Source: Chiloscyllium plagiosum
Lineage: Eukaryota
Length of the DNA stretch: 64,000 nucleotides
NCBI RefSeq assembly: GCF_004010195.1
Contig: NC_057751.1
Location: 12,319,508 to 12,383,507 of the forward strand
Reading direction: 5' to 3'
Shown: piece after piece, positions 51,048 through 62,489 of the stretch
Layout of the letters: each line of letters starts with the position of its first letter
How positions within the stretch are numbered: position 1 is the stretch's first letter
Translations under genes and position numbers: made by a program
The notes under the pieces: model-generated
Databases searched by the model: none
Seen by the model: the letters and a program-made list of their open reading frames with translations, nothing else
Told to the model about the DNA's origin: nothing

Positions 51048-52340
51048 TGGATAGGATCAGTACCTTGTCTGTTGTGAACAGTTGAAGAAGCATCTTGGTT
51101 GGTATGATCTTCCGGTCTTTGGGGTATACGTTCAACATAGCTTGCGTGTTACTGTCAGTGAAATTCGTACACAGATCACTCTTTGATGTTAACTATCTGC
51201 CATCATCTGATTGGTGCATTCTTCATGGCCATGTCTTTACCATTCAACATTGGCTTGCCAAAGAATCCGCGTCTCCTCCTCACACGGGAAAAGAACAAGT
51301 TGGATGCCTGAACACCTGTATTCTTGAGAATTGTTCTGATCAGTGCAAGTTGAAAAGCCTCAACAAAATGTATCATCTTTTCCGAACTATTCATATATCT
51401 CAAGCAAAGTAGTTTGGCAACATCAAGTAAATTATTCTAGGCAACTTGAAATGCTGTATCTTGCAGCTGAGTGCAATTTATTTTCCTCAGCATGCTGACT
51501 TAATGGAGTTTTCATAGAAATGTGAGTAGTAGATTTAGAAATTATGGAATTGATTTTCAACTTATTTAATGAAAGTGAACATTGGATGGTTTTGGTAACA
51601 GATAACAGGTGGTTGATCTGAAATGCCAACTTATGTCTGGGTAGCAAGTTATTCCAATGTCTTCAGGAGCCTATCTTTTGAAGAAAACAACACAAAAAAA
51701 CACCATCACCTGACTTTCAACATTTAATCCTATTTAATGTTACACATATGTTTGAAAATAAGAAAACATGGGCCATTATACCATAAGCCTTGTGGCAAAA
51801 TCGGCTGGGATCAAATGTGTGATTAGATTCCTTTGCCCTGCTGCTCAGAGAAATTCTTGAGTTTTAGTTCAAATGTAATTCAAAAGGATAGTTGGCACAT
51901 TATAAAGATTGAGAGAGGAACATATTGAAATAACCCCTGCTGCTGCTCTGGTACATGACTACGTAACGCAAGTATGCAACAGGTCTCATCAGCCAGGAAA
52001 CAAATCTCAGAAACCTATTGTGAAAAGACCACAAAGGCTTTGAGTTTGTTAGTTGATTGTTTTTCTAAGTCATGCAGTCAATGCATTTCTTTAACACTGC
52101 AGGATCCATCCAATTGAGGCTTGCAACATTTTGCAATAGGTTGGCTGGCATCGAAACTTTCAAAAGGAAGCAAAAGAGCCCTCGATAATAATATCTAAAC
52201 TGACCAATGATAAATTCATGACTGCCAACCAACAAATGAAATGCTGTTGAAGATGACCCTGCCACTGTACGAATCGCTTTGGAATACCTTTGACAAACTG
52301 GAATGCAAAAACATTCAGTCAAGTTGGAAAATTCTTGTGG

Positions 52341-52450
52341 AAACAAAAACTGCTGGGGATCACAGCTGGTCAGGCAGTATCCAAGGAGAGAAAACAAACA
52401 AATGTTTCGAGTCTAGTTGACTCTTCATCAGAGCTGATGTGAATAGGATA
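52341..52450 (-). mobile_element. PLE pLTR fragment of a fourth family
   Basis: aaactgctggggatcacagctggtcaggcagtatccaaggagag...tttcgagtctagttgactcttcatcagagct. Confidence 0.75.
52397..52435 (-). ncRNA. Minimal hammerhead ribozyme motif (core intact, stems I/III mutated)
   Basis: Minus strand agct-CTGATGA-a-gagtc-aacta-gactc-GAAA-ca-TT-tgtt; perfect 5-bp stem II. Confidence 0.7.
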
Positions 52451-52457
52451 ATCTTTC

Positions 52458-52945
52458 CAATCAGTCCCACCGCCCTGTGGCCAAACATTTCAACTCCCCC
52501 TCCTACTCTGCCAAGGATATGCAGGTCCTGGGTCTCCTCCATCGCCACTCCCTTACCACCTGAGGCCTGGAGGATGAACACCTCATGTCTGCCTCGGAAC
52601 ACTTCAACCAGCTTCCTCATTCCCCTTCCCCCCACTTTACCCCAGTTCCAACCTTCCAGCACAGCACCATTCTCATAACCAGTCCCATCTGTCAATCTTC
52701 CTTCCCACCTATCTGCTCTACCTTCCTGTCCAACCTATCACCTTCACCCCCACCTCCATCCACCTATTGCACTCTCAGCTACCTTTCCCCTCACCCCCAA
52801 GCCTCATGCCCCTCCCATTTATCTCTCCACCCGCAAGGCTCCCATCCTCATTCCTGATGAAGGGCTTTGCCCGAAACATCGATCTTCCTGCTCCTCAGAT
52901 GCTGCCTGACCTGCTGTGCGTTTCCAACACCACTCTAATGTTGAC
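52458..52945 (+). mobile_element. PLE 3' fragment (GIY-YIG C-terminus plus pLTR)
   Basis: Encodes PVAKHFNSPSYSAKDMQVLGLLHR..LEDEHL; pLTR as in 58640-58938. Confidence 0.85.
52850..52884 (+). ncRNA. Minimal hammerhead ribozyme motif (core intact, palindrome CG>CA)
   Basis: attc-CTGATGA-a-gggc-ttt-gccc-GAAA-ca-TC-gat. Confidence 0.72.
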
Positions 52946-53811
52946 TTATCGCTACACGAGATAAGTAAATTGATATTGCTATTCATGGCTCACAATTATC
53001 GTTGGCTTATTTCCCCCTCCTGTCCTCAACATTTTTCTGACTTTAAAGCCATGATTTATACCAAGACTCTGGTTAGACACTGCAACAGTTACACTGAGTT
53101 TTCTAATCACTTGCAAAGAAAGGAATGGGCGAGCCAGGGTACAGTATTGTATTGGTTTCAACGTCACAATGTAGAAAAGAGTACTTGCTGGATGTGAATT
53201 TGGAGCTTAAAGGAGGGAAATGAAACTGAACCTCATAATGTCTGTGAACTCATGAAAATTGAGAAGCACCTTTTGGAAGAAGCAAGCGAGAGATTTTGTA
53301 TTAGAGATGTACGTTTTCTTCCACCTGACCCCTGGTGGAAAGCAAATTCCATTTTTAGTCTTAATGTAGCAAACTGCATGCAAAAGAATTTCAGTGTCAA
53401 GCAAGTGATGTGATATGTTTTCGCTTTAACTGCAGTTTCATTTTATCGGTCTTGTAAATATCCCTAAAAGCTAGAAAAGTTAAGTGAAAAATTCAAGAAA
53501 ATGGTTTTAAAACAACATTTTAGCCGACTACATGTTGTTCTGGAATGATTTTACCAGATTTCTGAAATCTTACACCTTTGACCCCGTTTGTGTTCGCCTG
53601 TGCAAATGTCACAATCTTTTGCTCAACGTCTGACAATGCACCTGAGAAAATTGTGATGTTTTACTATGTCAAAGGTACTATATAAATGCAAGTAATTTCA
53701 AGTATCTCAAGATGTGTCACACAAGCAAAATGTGTCAAGCTACAGCATGACAAAAACATTTGGTGAGGTGACAGGTGTTGAAAGATCTATTTGTGTACAA
53801 TGTTTTATTTC

Positions 53812-54028
53812 AAAGCTCATTTGCTTATTTAGTTTGGTTTGCAATGCAGAGCAATGCTAGTTGCATGGATTCATTTCCCATACTGGCTAAGATTACCATT
53901 AACAGCTGTCCTTTTCAACCTCTCCCCTTGCCTGAGGTGTGGTGATCCTCAGTTTACACCACCACCAGTTGTCTCTCTCTAATAGCGAACAGACCTTTGG
54001 TCTGGCAGCAGTAAGCCGCTTTTACCGT
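53812..54028 (+). mobile_element. tRNA-derived SINE (family of 36538-36745)
   Basis: ctccccttgcctgaggtgtggtgatcctcagtttacaccaccaccagttgtctctctctaatag. Confidence 0.65.
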
Positions 54029-54496
54029 ACCCTCCTTCCAAGATTTGGACAGGTGAATTTTATAAATGGAAAAGAATGTCGGTTATGTGTAAAAGTGAGC
54101 TGTTAATTCCCAACGAACTCATTCAGTACTGTTGACAAAGACCCATTTCACTCCCCCACCTTACCAAATTTTTAATTTCTAAAGCCATTGATACGTTTAA
54201 TTATTAGTACTTAAGAAGTACCTACTGGTGAGATAATTATATAAAAAAGGAGATTAAGTTTTTAAATTCCAGATTCTTCGTAGTCGGCTAAGCTCCTTTG
54301 GTTTGTTGTACACAATTACTGTTATGAATGTAACAATGCTCACATATTTCAATGCTCCATTCCTTGTGACACACACATTGTGTGGAAACCAGTCTCTGTC
54401 CAAACTGATCAGTTATGCATCTGTGCATGAAGCTGATTCTAAATGTCTCTTCATTTTGTGGAAAAAGCAACACTGACTGTTCTCTCTCTCCTTTAG

Positions 54497-54530
54497 GCTG
54501 TTTGTTATTTGCGCAATAGAAACCGTGATG
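54497..54530 (+). CDS. Candidate coding exon D (34 nt)
   Basis: Branch-point-like cactgac (54471-54477), pyrimidine tract tctctctctcctttAG, donor ATG|GTATGC. Phase-2 frame (R)LFVICAIETVM continues the hydrophobic helix of exon C. Confidence 0.6.
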
Positions 54531-55149
54531 GTATGCTCACCATATTCATTGAATTTGTTAGTGCAGCTTGTGCTTGCTGAAGCAAAGCAATTCTCATCAT
54601 ACCTGTCTTTGACTTTTGTCCGGAATACCGAAACATGTCTTTTTGCACTGGAGATAAAGTGTATTGAAGCTTTTCGTATTAAAAATTGACATCAGACTTT
54701 TGAAACAATGCACCTAAATAGTGAGGATGGTCTCCAACTTCATCTCTCACATTGTCTACAAGCTTTTAGAACAAAATGAAAAGAAGGTTCTTTTCTTCAA
54801 TTATATTTCTACACACCTGCGGTCATGTAGAGAATGGGTCACATTTGAAATGATGCTGGAAGCCTGCCAGTATCCTGCTCATGTATGCCATGGGGAGGCA
54901 TTACAGCTCAACATCTTACATTGTCCACACATAAATATTTCCGGAAATAAGTGACAGGAAAGTAATCAGACTTAGACTTTGGCAAATTCCTTACCTTTTG
55001 GCATTTTCCTCTGTTTGAAGACATTTGGGGCCCTTTGTAGAGGTTTTATTGACTTCTCAATTCAGATTGAATAGGTTCGAGGTTCAATCTGATGTCCATG
55101 TTTTAGACCCACTGTAGAATGGCAATTACCATTAGATATGGGAGATCCT

Positions 55150-55400
55150 CTAACAGTTTGCATTTTTATGGAGCCTTTACCATAATAAAAGATCCCAAGA
55201 TATTTTGCAGAATAATTAGGACCAGAATCTGGTACAGGGACACCAAAGGAGATATTTGGACAGGTCACTACAAATTTGGTCCAAGAAGTAGGTTTGAACA
55301 AATGTTTGCAAGGAAAAGAGAGCTAAAGGGGGGTGGAGAAGTTCAGGGAGGAAATTCAAGAATTTGGGACCAGTTACTGATTGCACAGTTGCTGATGGTG
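55150..55400 (-). mobile_element. L2-like LINE 3' fragment
   Basis: ttgcatttttatggagcctttacc is the reverse complement of the aaagg(c/t)gctatataaatgcaag tail also seen at 53670-53693 and 58097-58120; followed by gggaggaaattcaagaattt (WNSLP-like). Confidence 0.5.
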
Positions 55401-55879
55401 CAGTGCTAAACATTGGGAATATGCAACAGTGCATAAGAGATTCAGACTGTTTAACGGATGACTTGGATTGAGTCATAGCTGAGTGTGTTGCATATGGCCG
55501 AGTCTGTTTGTTCATTTGAATCCCTTGTCTGCAGTTACACACCTCATTTATACGGCAGAGATCCGATATCTTGAATGCAAAACACATGGGGAATAATGAG
55601 TTCAAACTACACAAAGCAACAGAGATTGCCAAAGACTCCTCACTTCAATTACTGCCTTGTATCTCACTGAAATCCATTTTATTAAACCCATCTGCTGTGT
55701 AACATACTGTGCAATGTGTAGATTTATTACAAAGCTTGTTTGTGTTAGTGGTTACAGTTTCTTTATGTAGAATCCCCAGACAAATGAAGCTTTTTGAATT
55801 ATATCGAACAAAGGGTTAGAAAATTAAAAGTGCCATCAGACAAGACAAACTGGAAATTAGGGTGTGGGAAATTAGCCTT

Positions 55880-56168
55880 ACGGGTGGCAAAATGGCTCAG
55901 TCATTAGCACTGTTGCTTCACAGTGCCAGGGACCTGGGTTCGATTCCATGTCTGCATAAATTCTCCAGTTTCTTCCCACAGTCCAAAGATGTGTGGTTTA
56001 GGTGGATTGGCCATGCTAAATTGCCCATACTATCCAGGGTTGTACAAGTTAGGTGGTTTAGTTGTGGCAAATGCAGGGTTCAGGGGATACGGTGGGGTGT
56101 GGGACACTCTGTGGAGGGTCAGTGCAGATTCCATCATCCATATGGCTTCAATCTGTAGGGATTCTATC
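55880..56168 (+). mobile_element. HE1-type SINE (older, internally deleted)
   Basis: ggtggcaaaatggctcagtcattagcactgttgcttcacagtgccagggacctgggttcgattcc...cccacagtccaaagatgtg...ctgtagggattcta. Confidence 0.85.
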
Positions 56169-57504
56169 TAGGTGCACAGATGTAGATTAAAAGTTCAACT
56201 GAAATAAATATAGCAATATTTCACAATTGTATTAGAGGTTAATGTCACAGAGATTTCTAGGCTGTATACTGTCCCATGAAAATGCTAAGGCGATGTTTTC
56301 TTCTTTTTGATAAAGATTACAGAAAAGAAAACCTGATTTCAAGAGAAGGTCCCTGGCAAGGTATGGGCATTCCTATTATGAGCAATGGGTTCCTTCAATG
56401 TTTGATATAAAACTTATCATTACTAACTTATGAAGAATTACTTAAGTTTATATCAGGGAATAAGTGATAATGTTACAGAGTTAACCCAAAACACACAAGC
56501 TTAAATTGAAATGAATTACTTGTGAGTTTTGACTTTAATGAAAGAAAGAAATCTCTCAGTATTTCGATGACGCAGCCTCATGTTACTCATTTACAGTTTA
56601 AGCAAACACTTTGTTGTTTCAGAAAGCAATGTTGTGAAACCCCAGCTTCTATTTATTACCAATCTAATTGGACCATACATCAGAGGTTTGTTTTAGAGGT
56701 TGTGCTGATTCTGAAAGCTGCAAATTCTTTGTACCTTCTAACTGTGTTAAAGGTCTCATGATGCAACAGACAGTAATTCAATTCTCTAATACATCGATAA
56801 GAACAAAAGCGATGAATAGGATGAAGGAGAAAATTATTTTGCACAGAAATACATCAAAGTTACACTGGAGGAACAGACCTGACCGCTTTGTGATGGTGTC
56901 ACGTTGCTTCACCTCACTCCATCAACATATCCTTCCATTCCTTTTGTCATTTCTTCTATTTCAATACGTTTATGCAATTCATCTTAGCCAGTCGTGAGAT
57001 ATCCATTTCCAAGTTCTCACAAATGTTGGTCAAAAAAGCCTTTTATTTCTTCAGTAGAATACGAATCACAGGGAACATATACATAAAACTGTTTGTGGCA
57101 ACAACTTGCAGCTAAGGCATCAGATTGTTAAGTGCAGATTTGTTCTGAAACCTTAATTCAGACATCATGTTACCCAATGACTATTGGAAATGAATATTGT
57201 GGCTGAATTTGACAACTGAGCTGCCAATGCATGATGAATTTATTTTATATTTCTATTTTTGTAACTAGAAAATGAAATATGTAACAAATTATGGGCAACA
57301 GTTGTGCAATAATATAATATTTTGGCATATGATGTATTCTGAATATGAACATGTACTATCTGATCTCTAATGGTGTCACATATGAAGTTAGGTGTTGCAA
57401 ATGAAATCATTATTTAGCTTGTGCCTTTAAGGCCACTCTTTTTCATACTCCCTGTGCCAACATGGTTTTGAAATCCTGAAAGCAATTTCACAGTAATTGG
57501 ATGT

Positions 57505-58130
57505 AACTGCTTAGCTCAGGTGTTAGAACCCTCATCTCTCAGTTAGAGAGTTCTGCGTTCAAGTGCTACTCAAGAACTGAAGCATAAAAATCAAGGTTGA
57601 CACGTCAGCACAGTACAGGGGGAATGCTGCATTGTTGGAAGTCCTGTTTCTGAGCTGAGATGTCAAAGGGAGGATGCATTCATTTTCACGAGCAAATGAT
57701 TTCATGACACTATTTCAAAGACAATCTGGAGAGTTATCCCCAAGGTTTAGGCTAATATTTATTCCATCCTGAAGCAAGATTACATTCCTGTTATTTCATT
57801 GATGGTGATAGGAATTCTGCTGCTGGAGGTCCCATTACAGAGATACGCAGTTCAGGAAAACATGCTTCCCACCAATTGGGGGTAGGTTTATCATAAAATG
57901 CAGCTGATTCGAATAATCTAAACTTGGTGGTACATTCTTCCAACTCTTAAGCTCCCCCCTTCCCCCGTCACCCCCAAAAATAAATTCCAAAATTTGAATG
58001 TGACTAAGCTGCTGTGTTTCTCACATGACAACACTGACTAAACTTTGGATGTATGTGATTGTCTGTAAAACCCTTTGGGAAGTTCTGCGGTTATCAAAGA
58101 TGCTGTATAAATGTAAGACTTTCTTTCTTT
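57505..58130 (+). mobile_element. Deu-domain SINE (SacSINE1-like) with ~170-bp internal interruption
   Basis: tRNA-like head (gcttagctcagg...gcgttcaagtgc), aaaaatcaaggttgacac...tgctgcattgttggaag, gacactatttcaaag...gagttatcccc...aatatttattcc, tail aaagatgctgtataaatgtaagactttctttc. Confidence 0.7.
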
Positions 58131-58187
58131 TGTTTACAAATGATTGGTTAGGATTGATATAAGTGGTATTGAGCTAAAATTGGCCTT

Positions 58188-58938
58188 GTGCCACTCTTTC
58201 CGAGCCTCTTGTATTTATGTGCGCCCACACCTCCCCCCTTACTTCCCTCCAAGGCCCCAAGAGATCCTTCCATATCTGCCATAAATTCACCTGCACCTCC
58301 ACACACATCATTTACTGCATCCGCTGCACCCCGATGTGGCCTCCTCTATATTTGGGAGACAGGCCGCCTACTTGCAGAACGTTTCAGAGAACACCTCTGG
58401 GACAACTGGACCAACCAACCTAACCACCCCGTAGCCCAACACTTTAACTCCCCCTCCCACTCCACCAAGGACATGCAGGTCCTTGGACTCCTCCATCGCC
58501 AAACCATGGCAACACGGCGGTTGGAGGAAGAGCACCTCATCTTCTGCCTGGGAACCCTCCAACCACAAGGGATGAACTCAGACTTCTCCAGTTTCCACAT
58601 TTCCCCTCCCCCCACCTTGTCTCAGTCAAATCCCTCGAACCCAGCACCGCCTTCCTAACCTGCAATCTTCTTCCTGACCTCTCCGCCCCCACCCCCACTC
58701 TGGTCTGTCACCCTCACCTTAACCTCCTTCCACCTAATGCATTTCCAACGCCCCTCCCCCAAGTCCCTCCTCCCTACCTTTTATCTTAGCCTGCTTGGCA
58801 CACTTTCCTTATTCCTGAAGAAGGGCTCATGCCCGAAACATCGATTCTCCTGCTGCCTTGGATGCTGCCTGACCTGCGCTTTTCCAGCAACACATTTTCA
58901 GCTCTGATCTCCAGCATCTGCAGTCCTCACTTTCTCCT
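58188..58938 (+). mobile_element. Penelope-like element 3' part: GIY-YIG endonuclease and complete pLTR
   Basis: FTCTSTHIIYCIRCT / RCGLLYIWETGRLLAERFREHL...VAQHFNSPSHSTKDMQVLGLLH..RRLEEEHLIFCLGTLQPQGMNSDF; tail matches 47473-47729. Confidence 0.92.
58811..58846 (+). ncRNA. Minimal hammerhead ribozyme motif (core intact, palindrome CG>CA)
   Basis: attc-CTGAAGA-a-gggc-tcat-gccc-GAAA-ca-TC-gatt. Confidence 0.72.
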
Positions 58939-59029
58939 ATTTATACAGATAGCCTAATTTATGTTTGATCAATATAAACCTCCGAGCTGTTGAGAGTGAG
59001 GGAATTCAATAATGCTGAAGACATAGAAT

Positions 59030-59930
59030 GTTATTAGTTGGATTCCCGTTTTGTTGGAAATGGTCATTGCCTGCCATTTGTGTGGCATGAATGTGATGTA
59101 GCACATTCCAGCCTAAGCCTGAATGTTTTCCAGGTGTTACCGTGTACAGATACAGACTCCTTCGGTATTTGAGGTGCCACAAATGGTGCTTAACATCCTG
59201 AAATCATCAAAGATCCCCATGTCTGATCTTATGCTGGAGAGAAGGTCATTGATAAAGCAGCAGTGGAGTTTGTACTGATGAGGAAGACTTGTACAGATGT
59301 TCTGGGGCTAACATGACTGACTTCCGACAACAACAAATATCTTCCGATGTGCCAGGTATGACGCCAGCTAGTGGAGAGTTTTCCCTGATTCCTCTTGACT
59401 TCAATTTTGCTCTTGTTCCTCGTTGCCATGCTCAGCCAAATGTTGAGATTTGATGACAGTCGCTCTCAGTTCATCTCTGGAATTCAGCTCAAGGCATGCG
59501 TTATGTGACCATGACAAAACCCAAACTGTCCACCAGTGAAAAGCTTGTTCCTTTTCAAAAGCTGCTTCATAACACAGTCAATGATCCCTTCTATCAAGTA
59601 ATTGGCAATTGAGAGCAGACTGAAGTGTTGGTAATTGGACAAGTTGGATTTATCCTACTTTTTGTGTACAGAAAATTCCTGGGCAATTTTCCACTTGATT
59701 GGGTAGATGTCAGTGTTGTAAATGTACTGGAACAGTTTGACTAAGGACACGGCAAATTCTGTTGCACAAGTCTTCAGTGATGTTCAGTTTGACACATAAG
59801 TAGTCCTGTATTGATGCTTCACCAAACTGATACCTTTTTAGGTATGGTTGCTGCTGCTTCTCCATGCCCTCCTGTACTTTTCATTGAACCAGGGTTGATC
59901 CCCAAGCTTGATGGAAAATATAGCATGAAA
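59030..59930 (-). mobile_element. RT region of the second CR1-group LINE, degraded
   Basis: Colinear with 19685-20400 (gaaggtcattgataaagcagc, tgccaggtatgacgccagc, ggtaattggacaagttggatt, gcacaagtcttcag). Confidence 0.8.
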
Positions 59931-59937
59931 TATATCA

Positions 59938-61552
59938 GGCAATGGCCGAGTGGTATTATCGCTCGACTACTAATCAGAAACCCAGAATAATGTTCTGGGG
60001 ACCTGGATTTGAATCCCATCATGGCAATAAATGTCTGGAATTAAGAGTCAACTGATGACCATAAAACCATTGTCGATTGTCAGAAAAGCCCATCTGGTTC
60101 ACTAATGACTTTTAGGGAAAGAAATCTGCTATCCTTTCCTAGTCAGGCCTACATATGACTCCAGAGCCACAGCAATGTAGTCAACTCTCACCTGCCTCTG
60201 AAATGGCCTAGCAAGCCACTCAGTTATATCAATTGTTAGGAAGTCACAACAAAGAAATGAAAACGGACGGACCACCTGGCATTGACCTTGCGACTGGAAA
60301 AGACAACGGCAAAAGCACAAACAGCCCTGTTGACCATGCAAAGTCCTTCTTACCAACATCTGGGGGCTACTGCTGAAATTGGGAGAGCTGTCTCACAGAC
60401 AAGTCATAGAAATGTACAGTATGGAAACAGACCCCTCGGCCCAACTCGTCCGTGCCAACCAGATATCCCAAAATAATCTAGTCCTATTTGCCAGCACATG
60501 GCCCATATCCCTTTAAACCTTACCTATTCATATATCCATCCAGATGCCTTTTAAATAATCCAATTGTACCAGCCTTCACCATTTCTTCTGGCAGCTCATT
60601 GCATACACGCACCACCCTCTGTCTGAAAAAGTTGCCCCTTACATCTGTTTTATATTTTTCCCCTCTCACCCTGAACCTATGCCCTCTAGTTCTGGACTCC
60701 CTGACACCAGGGAAAAGACTTTGTCTATTTATCCTATCCATCTCCCTCATGATTTTATAAACCTCTATACGGTCACCCCTCAGCCAGGGAAAACAGCCCC
60801 AGCTTATTCAGCCTCTTTCTACAGCTCAAATCCTCCAATCCTGGCAACATCATTGTAAATATTTTCTGAACCCATTGAAGTTTCACAACATCTTTCCAAT
60901 AGGAAGGAGACCAGAATTGCACGCAATATTCCAAAAGTGGCCTAACCAGCATAGGATTCTGGGTAATCCAAGATGGAAGTTGGGAAAAATTTCTGGCTGT
61001 AACAGGCTACTCCTTTTTTTGAGGTGTTCGAGGTGATTTCCTCAAATTCCAGGAGCAGCAATTACTGTTTTATATGCTGTGGCATTGTTTTGGAAGTTTT
61101 TGAGTGAAGCTACAGCCTGACGTAGTCATTCTTACAGAATCATACCTTAACATTCAATCCCTCCAACACCGGCGCACAGTAGCAGCAGTGTGTACTATCT
61201 ACATGGTGCACTGCAGAAATTCACCAAAGATCCTTAGATAGCACCTTCCTAACCCACAACTGTTTCCATCTAGAAGGGCAAGGGCAGCAGGTACTTGGGA
61301 ACACCACCACCTGCAAGTTCCCCTCCAAGCCACTCACCACCCTGACTTGGAAATATACTGCCATTCCTTCACAATCGTTGGGTCAAAATCCTGAAATTCC
61401 CTCCCTGCTGGCATTGTGGGTCAACCCACAGCAAGTGGACTGCAGTGATTCAAGAAGTCAGTTCATCATCACCTTCTCAAGTGCAAATAGGGATAGGCTT
61501 TCAATGCTGGCCAGCTAGCAATGTCCAAGACCCACAAATGAATTTAAGAAAA
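59938..61552 (+). mobile_element. tRNA-headed, internally deleted (bipartite) CR1-group element, split by an insertion at 60407-61102
   Basis: A box tggccgagtgg (59943-59953), B-box-like ggatttgaatccc (60005-60017), APE start TNIWGLLLKLGELSHRQV|KLQPDVVILTESYL fused in frame at ~61148 to C-terminal NIQSLQHRRTVAAVCTIYMVHCRNSPK and the LINE 3' tail. Confidence 0.8.
60407..60950 (-). mobile_element. CR1 (HER1-like) LINE 3' end nested in the bipartite element
   Basis: ORF 60520-60750: DRINRQSLFPGVRESRTRGHRFRVRGEKYKTDVRGNFFRQRVVRVCNELPEEMV, the typical CR1 ORF2 C-terminus. Confidence 0.92.
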
Positions 61553-62489
61553 GGTGACACATTTCCACAGAAATAAATTATTTTGTAACTGATGGCCTAC
61601 GGCACTGTGTGAGTGCCCAATGGATCTGGAGTATACTTGTACCCTTTTATTATGTTTGTTCACATCTCCAAAAAACCAAGAATATTTTTTCATCTAAGAT
61701 TAACTCGCGGCCAATAAAATTGTTGAATCTTTTATCTCGAGAAAAAAGATGTCACCTAAATAAATGCCAAAGCTATTTACTTTTCCAAGTAGTCCTTTGG
61801 TTCAGCTTCTTTTTTGTTCTTGTTTGATAACAAATAAATTTTCTAATGAAATCATACAACGTCTGAGTCAAACTCTTGCTGAAATCTTGAGGTGGGTGAA
61901 TTTGACAGCTGGGATGAATTGAAATATGAAGGATTAGCAGTCTACTCTTGTCGACTTGTGTGATCAAAATGCATTAAAATTTTGATTGCCTTTGCATGGC
62001 ACAAGTTGTCTTTATTGCTAAACATGTAAATAGAAACTTCAAAGAAAATACAGTAATATAAAATTTACAGTGATATGGGGAAAGAGTAATGAGAGGTTAT
62101 AAACTGTGGCTATCCCTTTAAGTCAAACTTCAAATCCCCATTGATGTCTTACCTTCAAAGCAGCAGGCTGCTCTTTGGGAGAGAGTGCCAAGTCAACTGT
62201 TTTGCATTGCAATGTCATATAACCACATTTATGAGTGCTAGTGGGCATTTTCCAGGACAATCTTTCCCCTGAGTGTGGGTCCAGATGACTGGTCCCATGG
62301 CACTTCAACTCATTGTTCCCAGATGGCATCTAGTATGAGACACAGTCTAAACTAGCATTCCAATTCAAGACCCTTGCTCAATCTTGGGCATCTTGCAGCT
62401 CATTTAGTCTGTGAATATGCAGCTAAAATGTGCCTTCTGCCTCCCCAGTCCCTAGCATGTTGAAGTAAACAAGACCCTGAACAGTGGTT

